Below the pieces are notes generated by a model. It worked only from the letters and a program-made list of their open reading frames with translations, was not told where the DNA came from and made no database searches. Of a stretch of 64,000 nucleotides of DNA, positions 9,713-19,678 are shown piece by piece. The translations under genes and the position numbers were made by a program. How positions within the stretch are numbered: the stretch's first letter is position 1; the number at the start of each line of letters is the position of its first letter. Source of the DNA: a virus; IMG/VR virus record IMGVR_UViG_3300038463_000401; one strand, given 5' to 3'.

Positions 9713-11806
9713 ATGGCTGTCGGTAGACCATTAGGCGCAAAGCTTTTCCTAGAGGGCATCGAGGTGCCTTTGCTCGGCGCCACGATTACGTCGACAGTAG
9801 ACCAAGCCTCCATCGCTTATGTAGACCTGGTGCCGCAGCAGGCGATTAACGACATCAAGCCGCGGACGCATGTCGTCTTGGCCGTGCGGGACTTCAACAA
9901 CCCGGCGCTAAATTATCCATATGTTAACGCCTGGGAAGGCGAGGTTTACGGCTTCAACTTCGGTAAGACGGTTAGTTCCCGCTCATTCAGCATTTCCTGC
10001 ATAGACACAACGAGCTACTGGGATAATGCGCTGTGCTACTTCATGAATACGCAGCAGTCCCTCGGCAGCGCAGGTATGGCGGCTTTACCGGCAGCTCTCA
10101 ACTATACAAGCGCGAAAGCGCAGGGGTTCGAGGTAATCCCGACGAACGACGGGGCGAACGTAAACTACTTCAAAACGGTTATTGATAACGCGCTAGCCCT
10201 GGTAAACAACCCGCCGCCAACGTTCCTCACTGCCTTTGTGGCGGTTATAAAAAGCATCACAAAGGTTAATGATTTTTATAACTTTGCCGAGTCTAGGCTG
10301 CGGATACAGGACCGCATCCTCCTCAACGACAGCGGCCTTCTGCCCAATCTTATTAGCAACGCACAAGGCGCGACCTGGTTCAATGGCATTATTGGACAAT
10401 CTGGCGGGTTTACGTCGTTGCGCAGTGTTATCAACGATCTTCTCGGGCTCATCTTCCATGACAACGTATCCGTTCCATTCCCTGCACGAGTGACCGCTCC
10501 TCCCCTCGCCGGCGCAAAGTTGACGGGGACTGTGGGATCAAAAAACACGACGCTGGGCAGCTATCTCTTCAAGCCAAACCTCTACATGTCCCCGCCGCCA
10601 ATGTGCAACGTCTTCTTCCCCGATGAGTACTCGCAGTTTCAGTACTCTCGCAGCTTTTTCAAAGAGCCGACGCGCCTGATCTATAGCCCGGAGCTACCGT
10701 TCTTTCAAAGCGGGGAATCCGTTGCGCTGCCCATGAACTACCAGCCCGATTCCCTTCAGGCGTTCATGTATCACTTGGATTTCAACAACCCGGTGAACTA
10801 CGTGAACAAGTCGGACACCGGTATTGCGAGCGACCCCGGTCACTACCTGGACGAGATCGTGCAAGGAGACCCCGCAGAGCCTTATGTTGCCAGCACCCCG
10901 CTCGTGCGCGAGGGTCAATTCCTCACTAACGAGGAGCGTGTTAAGGGTATCTGGATGGCGCGCGAGAGCCTGTTCCCCGCGGCGACGATGTTCAATGTCG
11001 CCGCGTCTGAGGGCTCCAATGCTATGGCATACAGCTTTACCCAGCAGATTGCGCATTATCTCTTCTACAAGAAGAGGTTCGAGACGCGGCAGTTGCAGAT
11101 CACGTCTCACCTTAAACTATCGGTGGTCCCTGGGTTCAACGTGTTGGTCTTGGATGACAGCGACGCTCAGCAAAACGTAGTTGCCTATTGCTCGTCGGTC
11201 ACGCACCGGATTTATGCTACGGAGGGTGGGTACACCAACGTGTCGCTCTCCTATGCTAGGACGCCAGACGAGGAGGCGCAGGCATCTTCTAACGGCAGCG
11301 AGCCCCCGATCCCGCCATGGTACAACCCAGACATCTTCGGGAAGATCACCGCACCGCCGGCATCGAAGTCCGCCCCCACCGAAGTAGCAAACGCGGGCGG
11401 GCTCCTAGTCTCGACCAGCAAGCTCTCTACGTTTTATCAATCCCTCCTTGGGGACAAGGGCTACCGGGCAGTTACCGACTACGCGCAGAAAGAGCCCACG
11501 CTGATCGGCGCGGTAGCCTACTTGCTCGCTGAGTATAGGACTAGGCGCGCGCTCGGGTCTGAGGATGTTCAGCAGTACATTTCTAGCCTTACCGGTCGTG
11601 ATTATGTAAGAGTGGAGGACACGATGGCCTTCCTTGGGGCCTCTCTTCCGAAGGATGTTAAGCTAGATCCGACGACGCTGGTCACGTTTACTGGCGGGGC
11701 TTTTAACCCCAAAGACGCTGTTAACGGCGCAGTGACCACCCTAAGGCAAACACCGATCCTGGCCTACGCGGCCGCGCTAAAGGCGTACCGAGGTTTCCGT
11801 GGCTGA
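9713..11806 (+). CDS. Putative baseplate hub protein
   Basis: 697 aa; N-terminal LFLEGIEV...WEGEVYGFNF..FSISCID pattern of hub-like proteins; synteny. Confidence 0.5.
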   Translation: MAVGRPLGAKLFLEGIEVPLLGATITSTVDQASIAYVDLVPQQAINDIKPRTHVVLAVRDFNNPALNYPYVNAWEGEVYGFNFGKTVSSRSFSISCIDTTSYWDNALCYFMNTQQSLGSAGMAALPAALNYTSAKAQGFEVIPTNDGANVNYFKTVIDNALALVNNPPPTFLTAFVAVIKSITKVNDFYNFAESRLRIQDRILLNDSGLLPNLISNAQGATWFNGIIGQSGGFTSLRSVINDLLGLIFHDNVSVPFPARVTAPPLAGAKLTGTVGSKNTTLGSYLFKPNLYMSPPPMCNVFFPDEYSQFQYSRSFFKEPTRLIYSPELPFFQSGESVALPMNYQPDSLQAFMYHLDFNNPVNYVNKSDTGIASDPGHYLDEIVQGDPAEPYVASTPLVREGQFLTNEERVKGIWMARESLFPAATMFNVAASEGSNAMAYSFTQQIAHYLFYKKRFETRQLQITSHLKLSVVPGFNVLVLDDSDAQQNVVAYCSSVTHRIYATEGGYTNVSLSYARTPDEEAQASSNGSEPPIPPWYNPDIFGKITAPPASKSAPTEVANAGGLLVSTSKLSTFYQSLLGDKGYRAVTDYAQKEPTLIGAVAYLLAEYRTRRALGSEDVQQYISSLTGRDYVRVEDTMAFLGASLPKDVKLDPTTLVTFTGGAFNPKDAVNGAVTTLRQTPILAYAAALKAYRGFRG

Positions 11807-12530
11807 AGACCAAAAAGCCGAAGAGATGGACATCTTCCATAAGTGGAAGCAGACTGGCGAGAAGAAACACTTCCAGGCTCTTTATAACTCCATGAAGCCG
11901 CTGATCTATAGCGCGGCGCAGAAGGCAAGCTATGGCAGCAATATTCCAGAAAGCGCGCATCGTATCTATGCTGCCCAGAACTTTCTTGAAGCTCTTCGGA
12001 CATTCAAGCCAGGCACCGGCGCCTCCCTCCAAACCCACGTCTATGGCTCGGTCCACCAGAAAGCCAAGAGGCTCAACTATACGTATGGGAACCTCGGGTT
12101 TATTACTGAACCAAGAGCGGCCAAAGTGGGCCTATTCCAAACAGAACACGCTAATCTTCGAGACAGTCTCGGTCGTGAGCCGACAACCCAGGAACTGGCT
12201 ACAAGGCTCAACTGGAGCGTCAAAGACGTAGCCAACCTGCAGAACGAAGTCCATAAGGACTTGGCGCTTGCCGAGGGGGTTGAGGAGCAAGCTACTGTCG
12301 AGGGCTCGATCGACGAAGAGAAGCTGGAGATGCTCTACTTCGACCTACTGCCAGAAGAGAAAGCAGTCTTCGATTATGTGTTCGGTAAGCATGGTAAGCC
12401 CAGGTTGCTTAAGCCAAACAACAAGATCGACTACGAGCAGCTTGGCCGGTCATCAGGTTACTCCGCGTCTAAGGCGCGCGCGATCATGATCAAGATCAAA
12501 GACAAATACTCAAAGGCTCTTAAGAGATGA
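11799..12530 (+). CDS. Sigma-70 family RNA polymerase sigma factor (group 3, FliA/SigF-like architecture)
   Basis: Region 2 EALRTFKPGTGASLQTHV, region 3 LGREPTTQELATRL, region 4 LLPEEKAVFDYVFG...EQLGRSSGYS. Confidence 0.8.
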   Translation: MAEDQKAEEMDIFHKWKQTGEKKHFQALYNSMKPLIYSAAQKASYGSNIPESAHRIYAAQNFLEALRTFKPGTGASLQTHVYGSVHQKAKRLNYTYGNLGFITEPRAAKVGLFQTEHANLRDSLGREPTTQELATRLNWSVKDVANLQNEVHKDLALAEGVEEQATVEGSIDEEKLEMLYFDLLPEEKAVFDYVFGKHGKPRLLKPNNKIDYEQLGRSSGYSASKARAIMIKIKDKYSKALKR

Positions 12531-14764
12531 GCGTTGCTGACTACTACCTGCAGAAGTGCACTGACGCAATCGCAGAAGATGCGGCACTTCTTTTGGCTAA
12601 GTTGTCCAACCCCGCTAGTCTCGTTGATGTGAACGTTACCGGCGCGCTTACGGAAGCGTCCAGTTTAGGCGACCTCGCTTCGCTAGCGGGGGATTACATC
12701 TCGAACAACGCAAGCGCACTGACGATGGCCGTGGTGGGGGCGACTAGCCTCAACAAGAACTCGCCGTTCTCAGCACTAAACGCCTTCATGAATATGCTGG
12801 CAAACTCCGTATCTGCCTACAACGACATGATTTTGATCTATGTGAAAAAGATAGCTAAGCAGATCGTTGAGGCCTTGAACAAGAAGATCGCGATCAACCA
12901 AACAGTCCAGGGCGATATCACCGCGCTGGTCAATACGTTGATCTCAATGAACCAGGGGCCAAAGGTCTTTGACGCGTATCTTACTCAGCTGCGCGCGGCA
13001 TTGATCCTCGTGGATCAGGGTAGGCGGGACATCCAGCTGACGACCAATACACTTCAGTCGCAGAGCTTTTTCCTCACGAAGACATTTCGTAAAGGCAAGA
13101 AAGAGATGGCGGCTGCCCAGAAGCTGATCAAGCCACTTGCCAAAAATCCGTACCTGAACCCTACGATTAAGTCAGTGGCTCTGAACCTAGGGATTCCCGA
13201 CAGCAGCCAGCAGATCGGCAACATCTTGGCGCTGCCAAAGCTGTGCCACAAGATCATAAGTGACGTGTCCAACTACGGCACGGTTACCCTGCTGGCAAAC
13301 GCGCAGCTGTCCTTCTATGCGTCGGCAGTTGCTATCCTTATAGATGGGTTGCCGAACATCCTTAAGCAGCAGCTCCTATCCATGCTCAACCAGACGTTGC
13401 AGCAGATCAACTCCCTTGAAGTCAGCATGGCCAATGTGCTTAATGGCAATCCTGGCGCTGTGGCTGGCCCGGTTAACGGGTTTATTCCTGTGCCGCTCAA
13501 AGTATCCGTAAATGCATACAAATGGATGATGGACATCAACCTCATCGTCAACGCACTCAAAGTCATTCCCGCAGACATCGTAGTGGTGCCGCCGCAGATA
13601 AATGGAACCGTACACCATGGCCAGCCCAACATTCTATATGCTGGGTCTGCTGGGCTGTTTAACAGCGTCAGCCTGGGCGACACGGTTTCGATTACTGGTG
13701 GCACTATCGTTACGCCGGGCGACTATATCGTTATGGTGAAGGGGGCGGGAAAGCTAACTTTGGACCGAGCTGCGTATGTGCCTAAGCCTGGGGCGCCCAT
13801 AATAAATCTGCCGCTCTCCCCAAACGACGTACAGTACTCGATCATCACTGACGGGGCGCTTTCGAAGTTCCAGCTCAGTCAAGGGCCCGTCATTGTTTAT
13901 GAGCAGTCAGTCGCGTTGATTGCGAGGGAAGGGAACCGTAGAAGCGGTTCCGGCCTACTTCTAGCGAAAGAAGGCCAGGAGAACTTTGCGTATTTCCAAG
14001 AGCAGCTTATTGGCCTCATGACAGAAGCAATGGTCGGCGTGGCATCTACGTCCGTACGCACTAGCGCGATCGCCGAGGGGCAGGCGCTGATAGAACACTG
14101 CAACCTGTCTATGGCTCAGGACAGGGAGATCATTGGCTACCTCACCACGTTCATCAATACGCCTATACCGCTTGAGGATACCCTTAACCAGATTGAGGCT
14201 GGCCTTGCGAAGCTATTGAAAGACCTCGGTCTGGATAAAGCATCCGATGCTTTGGCCAAGGGGGATTTCAAATCTCTGCTTGGGATGAACGGTAAGAACG
14301 CAACATATATTGGCGCTGCCCTGGAGACCTTGGCCTTCTTAAAGCAGTGCTTCCCGGACCAAACGAGTCTTAATAAGTTCATCCAGATAGAGAATTCCAT
14401 TAAAGGCGATCAGAACCTTTTAAATGTCAAGGTATCTTTCAATTTTGACCTAGCCATTTTTAAGAACCTGGCTGCCTGCACAGACTTCACGAACTTGGCC
14501 AATCTTTTCAACAGCAAAGAATTCCTTTGTGCACTCGCCGGAGGGGCTGGGCTCGCCGCGCAAGCAGCTGGCTCGGCTGTCGCTAGCACGGCCACTACGG
14601 CCGCGGGCGCCATCTCCTCAGGGGCTGGGTCGGCTTTCTCCGCACTAAGCGATATGCTGTCCTTTCCAGACTCCCCTCCGTCGGCGGTTAATGGGGTTCC
14701 GGCCGCGCCATCTAATGTGGTCCCGGACGCAGCTGCGGCATCCATCGCCGCCAAAGCGCTATAA
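12527..14764 (+). CDS. Large helical hypothetical protein of the tail module
   Basis: 745-aa intact ORF coupled to neighbours; small beta insert VSLGDTVSITGG..PGDYIV. Confidence 0.6.
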   Translation: MSVADYYLQKCTDAIAEDAALLLAKLSNPASLVDVNVTGALTEASSLGDLASLAGDYISNNASALTMAVVGATSLNKNSPFSALNAFMNMLANSVSAYNDMILIYVKKIAKQIVEALNKKIAINQTVQGDITALVNTLISMNQGPKVFDAYLTQLRAALILVDQGRRDIQLTTNTLQSQSFFLTKTFRKGKKEMAAAQKLIKPLAKNPYLNPTIKSVALNLGIPDSSQQIGNILALPKLCHKIISDVSNYGTVTLLANAQLSFYASAVAILIDGLPNILKQQLLSMLNQTLQQINSLEVSMANVLNGNPGAVAGPVNGFIPVPLKVSVNAYKWMMDINLIVNALKVIPADIVVVPPQINGTVHHGQPNILYAGSAGLFNSVSLGDTVSITGGTIVTPGDYIVMVKGAGKLTLDRAAYVPKPGAPIINLPLSPNDVQYSIITDGALSKFQLSQGPVIVYEQSVALIAREGNRRSGSGLLLAKEGQENFAYFQEQLIGLMTEAMVGVASTSVRTSAIAEGQALIEHCNLSMAQDREIIGYLTTFINTPIPLEDTLNQIEAGLAKLLKDLGLDKASDALAKGDFKSLLGMNGKNATYIGAALETLAFLKQCFPDQTSLNKFIQIENSIKGDQNLLNVKVSFNFDLAIFKNLAACTDFTNLANLFNSKEFLCALAGGAGLAAQAAGSAVASTATTAAGAISSGAGSAFSALSDMLSFPDSPPSAVNGVPAAPSNVVPDAAAASIAAKAL

Positions 14765-14773
14765 GGTGGTCCA

Positions 14774-15205
14774 ATGGCAGCAGGCAGCTTAAGTGGGGAC
14801 ATCCAAGTAATTACCGCAGACCCGGTAACGGGCCGAATCACGTTTGGTCTTGTCCCGCGAATCCTTACTGGTATGCCAAAGCTTATTCAAATCGTAGTAT
14901 TATCGTTACTAAACAGCCCGGGAAAGGATATACTTAAGCCGGCGGATGGTGGCGGTATTTTGAATCTGGTCGGCAGCAACATCTCGTCGACCGACTCCAC
15001 GATGATCCTGGCTGAGCTGAACCGGGCCGTGAAGAAGAGTCAGACCGAGATCATAAATTACCAGACAGGGTTAGGCGCGCCGGCGGAAGAGTCATTAAAG
15101 GAGCTTCAAGTGCTTAGCCTCACGGAGGGCGAAAACATCGACGAAGTCCTTTTAAGTATTAGGATTATCAACCAGGCTGGCCGCATCTCCGACGTGGTGC
15201 TCTAA
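14774..15205 (+). CDS. gp25-like baseplate wedge / sheath initiator
   Basis: LTGMPKLIQIVVLSLLNSPGKDILKPADGGG pattern; 143 aa; directly before baseplate J-like gene. Confidence 0.7.
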   Translation: MAAGSLSGDIQVITADPVTGRITFGLVPRILTGMPKLIQIVVLSLLNSPGKDILKPADGGGILNLVGSNISSTDSTMILAELNRAVKKSQTEIINYQTGLGAPAEESLKELQVLSLTEGENIDEVLLSIRIINQAGRISDVVL

Positions 15206-17643
15206 TGGCTACACTGCCCATCGCAGAATACCTAACCGAGCATCTTAGCGAGTTCGACCCGACGTTCGACCTTCGGCAGGGCACGGGCTTTGAGCAGCTC
15301 TTCTTCGAGCCGCTCCAGTTCTTAGTCCAGCCGCTCATCGATGAAGTCAATACGCTCATCGTTGCGCAGAGCTTCCGGCGCATTCTTCTGACCACCGATC
15401 CCGATACGTTTGACGCAGAATCGGTGGACTCCCTCGCTAATAACCTCTTCGTTTACCGGAACACCGGTTCTCTAAGCGGCGGCGTGGCGCGCGTTTACTA
15501 CAGCAACCCGGTCAACCGCGAGTGGCCAGTCAGCGGGGCACTTTTCGCCGGCAGTAACGGGGCGAGCTACTCCAACCCTGCACCGTTCCAGATCACCTCT
15601 GCCAGTATGAGCACGCAGATCGAGGGTGGTCAATACTACTACGACATCCCGGTAGCTGCGACGACCACCGGCAACAATGACCTCATCGCCGGCGGCCTTG
15701 TCTCTCTGAATAACGACCCCGACTACCTCTCAGTAACGAACAAGCTAGCTTTTGAAGGCGGCGAGCCGGCTGAGACGAACACCCAGCTAATTACCAGAAC
15801 GCAGAACTCCATTGCTGTTCGGGATATGGTTACGGGCAAGGGGTTCAACGCGATCTTCTTCGGCAACTTCCAAGCGTTTCTTTCAGAAGTGCAGCCGATC
15901 GGCTTCGGCGACCCTGAGATGATGCGCGACGTGGTTTATAACACGCACATTGGCGGGCGCGTCGACGGGTACGTGAAGACGTCTAGTATCACTCAAGGCT
16001 CAAAAACCTTTGTTGGTCTGACCTTGGACACCACGCGGCAATCTTTTGCAAGTACGAACCTGGTGATGACGGGCACCAATCCGCAAAACGTGGGCAACCC
16101 AAACATCGACGAGTCAAACAACCGCGCTCCGATTGTGCAGCAGATCAAGCTTTCGACTGGTGCTAGCTACACGAGCACTGTCACTTCCTGGCCGGTAAGC
16201 CTGGCCTCGAACTCATACCTATACCTCGGCATAGACGGGACGTTCTTCAATATCCCAGTTGCCGGTTTAAACCCCAGCGCTACCACGCTGAACGAAGTGA
16301 TCAACGCTATTAATACGGCGTTCGGCTTTACCGTTGCTAAGCCTGTTGGCGCGACGTACAAGCTCGTGTCCCCCACCATTGGCACTGGGAGCCAGATCGC
16401 CACAGGCACCCCACCTATCGGAGTTAATGCGGCCAGCACCCTTGGTCTTGGGGCTGGTGTCATCAATCAAGGCACTGGGCCGATTGTCTTCATCAAGGGC
16501 GTGGACTACACGGTTGATGATTTAAACGGAACCATCACGCGCATACCAAAGTCCCCCTCCCTAGTTCCACTGCAGTCCACCGGGGCGACCGCGGCGAACA
16601 GCAGCACGTTTACAGATGTGACCGCTGGCGTGTTTACTAGCGTAGTCGTGAACGACATCCTGACTATCTCGACCGGCCCTGATGCTGGTGATTACCGCGT
16701 GCTTTCCAACGGTGGGCCGTTTGTTACTGCAATCACGCTAGATGAAAAACTGACCACTACTGCTAGTAGCGTGCAATACTCCGTCTCTCAACCCGGCATC
16801 AAGAACAATGAGACGGTGTACGTTCAGTACTACTTCAACCCGCTCTCGATCGATATCGGCGGCTTGGTCGTGTTGGACACCTATGGCGCAGTGCGTGGCA
16901 TCCGCCCTGGGCGCGCGAGCTCTGTCATCACCGACACTGCGTTCTTGCGCATCAACTCCATCGAGCTGATTGACCCGCTAACTCTCGAGCCGATCGGGAC
17001 TGTGCTTAATGGCCTTGGCGGCTATGGCGCCGGCCCATACGGCGGCGGTCCTTACGGTATTGGCTCAGGCGCTGATTATTACCTCGTAGTGAACGTGCCC
17101 ACCGCGCGGTTCTCGGCCTTTGAGGACAGCTACATCGTCATAAGCTCGGCCTACTTGGGCTTTAGCTTTCAAGTCAATTACGACTACGTGCCGGAGATCC
17201 AAGAGCTACATGCCTTCGCGTCGTCGGATGCCGAGCGTGTCCTCGACGGCGATGTGTTGATGAAACACATGGTGCCGGCGTATGTGGCAGGGAACATAAA
17301 CTACAAGTATGACCAGACGAATACCGCTATCCCCAACCAGGCCACCCTTCAAGCCCTGGTGAACGAGTTCATCTCTGGTCGCCCATCCGGCACCGATTTA
17401 GTCTTCTCAGAGATCGAGCAGTTCATCATAAGGGTTACAGACCCCTATGACCGGTTTGGTACAGAGGTGGACAACTTCCAGCTCACCGCCACTATCTTGA
17501 ACGAAGACGGGTCAACTACTACGGTGAATGGGACGAACAAGCTAGTCATCCCGACCAACACGCCGCAGTTCACGACTAAGCCGCTATCCCCGCGGATTGC
17601 GCATTGGATTGGTGAGAACGTGACCTTAACGCTGTTGCCGTGA
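15205..17643 (+). CDS. Baseplate J-like (gp6-type) wedge protein
   Basis: FEGGEPAETNTQLITRTQNSI motif typical of the baseplate J family; follows gp25-like gene. Confidence 0.75.
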   Translation: MATLPIAEYLTEHLSEFDPTFDLRQGTGFEQLFFEPLQFLVQPLIDEVNTLIVAQSFRRILLTTDPDTFDAESVDSLANNLFVYRNTGSLSGGVARVYYSNPVNREWPVSGALFAGSNGASYSNPAPFQITSASMSTQIEGGQYYYDIPVAATTTGNNDLIAGGLVSLNNDPDYLSVTNKLAFEGGEPAETNTQLITRTQNSIAVRDMVTGKGFNAIFFGNFQAFLSEVQPIGFGDPEMMRDVVYNTHIGGRVDGYVKTSSITQGSKTFVGLTLDTTRQSFASTNLVMTGTNPQNVGNPNIDESNNRAPIVQQIKLSTGASYTSTVTSWPVSLASNSYLYLGIDGTFFNIPVAGLNPSATTLNEVINAINTAFGFTVAKPVGATYKLVSPTIGTGSQIATGTPPIGVNAASTLGLGAGVINQGTGPIVFIKGVDYTVDDLNGTITRIPKSPSLVPLQSTGATAANSSTFTDVTAGVFTSVVVNDILTISTGPDAGDYRVLSNGGPFVTAITLDEKLTTTASSVQYSVSQPGIKNNETVYVQYYFNPLSIDIGGLVVLDTYGAVRGIRPGRASSVITDTAFLRINSIELIDPLTLEPIGTVLNGLGGYGAGPYGGGPYGIGSGADYYLVVNVPTARFSAFEDSYIVISSAYLGFSFQVNYDYVPEIQELHAFASSDAERVLDGDVLMKHMVPAYVAGNINYKYDQTNTAIPNQATLQALVNEFISGRPSGTDLVFSEIEQFIIRVTDPYDRFGTEVDNFQLTATILNEDGSTTTVNGTNKLVIPTNTPQFTTKPLSPRIAHWIGENVTLTLLP

Positions 17644-17695
17644 TAGGTGTAAAATTCCATTCAAATCACAAGCCCAAAGACGGAAATTCTATGCC

Positions 17696-18487
17696 ATGGC
17701 CAACCGTGGCGAGATGTCTCCAGAGACTGTAAAGACGTGGGAAGAGCACACGCCTAAGGGCAAGAAACTCCCTGAAAGGGTAGGTATGAAGAAGAAAGCT
17801 TTCTTCGAAGGATTCGACAAGCGCGCCGACCAAGTCGCTGGCGCTCAAGGTGAGCCAGGAGAGCCGCTACCGGCAGAAGGCGCAGCGCCTGGCGGTGCCG
17901 CGGGTCCGCCGCCTAACCAGCCGGAGAAGCTTTTAAAGTGGAATCCGGCGGGCGGCGTCGACCCTCGCTCTCCGGAAGAGATGGCAGCTGCTCAGGCGGT
18001 CGATTTGATAACCCTCCCTGAGGGCGTGGACGCGGCCTCTTGTATGAACTGCCAGTTCTTCCGGATGCTTGACCCGGCGTTAGGAACAGGTTTCTGCACT
18101 AACCCGAATGTCAAGCTGGACGTCACGACGAAGATGCACTGCTCGCAATGGAACGCACCGGATACCTACCGGGCGTGGGAAGCACTCGACCCCTCGGCCG
18201 TGCCGGATGCGGGCATCATGGGTGAAGCGGGTTCGCTGCAAGACGGCACGATGCCGATGGAGCCGGGCGCGGTCGGGCCAGATGGACAACCGCTGGCTCC
18301 GGAAGGTGGCGCGCCGCCGGAAGGCGAGCCGAAGCCCAAAGCCAAGCCGAAGGCTAAGCCCAAAGAGAAGTCTGAGGGCGGTGGCGGCACCAACGTGCAC
18401 GTCCACGTCGGCGGCGCTGGCGAGAAGAAAGAGGAGAAGGGGTCGGAGAAGAAGGCCTACGCCTTCTGGAACGGGTTTGACACTTGA
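17696..18487 (+). CDS. Putative head-internal protein with FWxGF/KxA motifs and a 4-Cys domain
   Basis: KKAFFEGFDKRA near the N-terminus, KKAYAFWNGFDT at the C-terminus, CMNC-x12-C-x14-C-SQW, Pro/Gly/Glu low-complexity linkers. Confidence 0.6.
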   Translation: MANRGEMSPETVKTWEEHTPKGKKLPERVGMKKKAFFEGFDKRADQVAGAQGEPGEPLPAEGAAPGGAAGPPPNQPEKLLKWNPAGGVDPRSPEEMAAAQAVDLITLPEGVDAASCMNCQFFRMLDPALGTGFCTNPNVKLDVTTKMHCSQWNAPDTYRAWEALDPSAVPDAGIMGEAGSLQDGTMPMEPGAVGPDGQPLAPEGGAPPEGEPKPKAKPKAKPKEKSEGGGGTNVHVHVGGAGEKKEEKGSEKKAYAFWNGFDT

Positions 18488-18747
18488 GTCCTTCCTTCTG
18501 GCAATCCTTCGAGAAGCGCGCGTCCGGATCTGGATCCGGTAATGCAGCGGGCGGAGGCTTTACCGGAACGGGTAAGGGCAACCTTGGGACTGCGGAGCGC
18601 GATCACATCAATGGTACGATGCGCAGCCCCCAAGACACCAAGGTCGACACAGCACTGCTGGATCGCGACCGCACCTGCCGAACTGAAGATCCGTTCAGCA
18701 CTGGCCCTGAGTTCCAAGACGAGACCAACCCGCATATTAGGTACTAG
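18484..18747 (+). CDS. Small protein starting with FWQSFEKRA motif
   Basis: TTG start overlapping the upstream stop; carries the recurrent motif. Confidence 0.6.
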   Translation: MSPSFWQSFEKRASGSGSGNAAGGGFTGTGKGNLGTAERDHINGTMRSPQDTKVDTALLDRDRTCRTEDPFSTGPEFQDETNPHIRY

Positions 18748-18748
18748 C

Positions 18749-19678
18749 GTGGCACAGGAAGCGTCATCGCCGGGCAAGAAGCGCTTCCACAAGCGCGTCG
18801 ACGCTGCGCTTGCCAAGGGACATTCATTACTGATCCATTACAAGAAGCTGAACGGTCGCACAGTTAAGCGTAAGATAGAGCCTCGGTCGTGGCGCGGCCA
18901 CACCTTAGTCGCATACGATCACAAGAGAAAGGCCGTCCGGTCTTTTAGAATGGAAAGGGTGAAGCACATGGAGAAGGCCGCGGGTATGAATTATTACCGC
19001 CTCCCCAAGGGTCATCCCCACTACCACTTAACGACGCAGTCTGGCCCTAACGCCGGAGCAATAGCCTCCGTTCACCCCGTCAAGCAATGGGAGCAACATA
19101 AAGTGGACGAATCTTCTATGACCAGGACAGGGGGACCCTCTTTAAACAAAGAGGCGGCCGATGAACCCAAACACGACCCCGCCACCTTCAGCCATTGGGC
19201 TAGCGGACTTGGCAAGAGATTTGCCACGATAGACAATTCGCTCGAGAAGGAGCTGATTGAGAAGAAGGCGTTTTGGGTTGGGTTCTCCAAACAAGCCTCT
19301 GATAAGCACAAGACGCGCTCAAAATATATAACTGCGGGATCTGCACTAGGTGGCGCTGGCGCAGGTGCCCTAACCGGGGCCGAAGAGGGTTTTAGCCCTA
19401 AACATACGGCGTTGCTAGCCGCAGGGGGAGGGGTCCTTGGCGGCTTAGCCGGATATCTTGGTGCTAAGCGCAGCGAGAAGCACGCCTCTGCCTTCGCCCA
19501 CGCCGCCGAGCTCGGCGGCCTCGGTGTCCTCGCCGCACCGGCAATCCAGCACCTCCGCGGCAAAGAAATGAGCGAAGGGGCTAAGGCCAAGACCGAAGTT
19601 GCTGGCCTCGGCATCCTAGCGGCGCCCAGTCTCCATGCCGCGGGCAAGGGCTTGCTTGCCAAGGCGATGAAGCGCTAA
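18749..19678 (+). CDS. Multi-module protein: WYL-like domain, KxA-separated segments, glycine-zipper C-terminus
   Basis: IHYKKLNGRTVKRKIEPRSWRGHTLVAYDHKRKAVRSFRMERV fits the WYL pattern; KKAFWVGFSKQA motif. GTG 18749 right after the upstream stop preferred over 18542. Confidence 0.65.
   Translation: MAQEASSPGKKRFHKRVDAALAKGHSLLIHYKKLNGRTVKRKIEPRSWRGHTLVAYDHKRKAVRSFRMERVKHMEKAAGMNYYRLPKGHPHYHLTTQSGPNAGAIASVHPVKQWEQHKVDESSMTRTGGPSLNKEAADEPKHDPATFSHWASGLGKRFATIDNSLEKELIEKKAFWVGFSKQASDKHKTRSKYITAGSALGGAGAGALTGAEEGFSPKHTALLAAGGGVLGGLAGYLGAKRSEKHASAFAHAAELGGLGVLAAPAIQHLRGKEMSEGAKAKTEVAGLGILAAPSLHAAGKGLLAKAMKR

Noticed and set aside
14155-14169. Near-match CAAT-ACG-CCTATACC to the candidate promoter
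   Set aside because: Two mismatches, inside a coding region and about 600 nt from the next start; probably chance.
18464-18522. Readthrough or frameshift joining ORF 17696 to ORF 18484 after the truncated FWNGFDT motif
   Set aside because: No slippery heptamer seen; the overlapping TTG/TGA is ordinary translational coupling.
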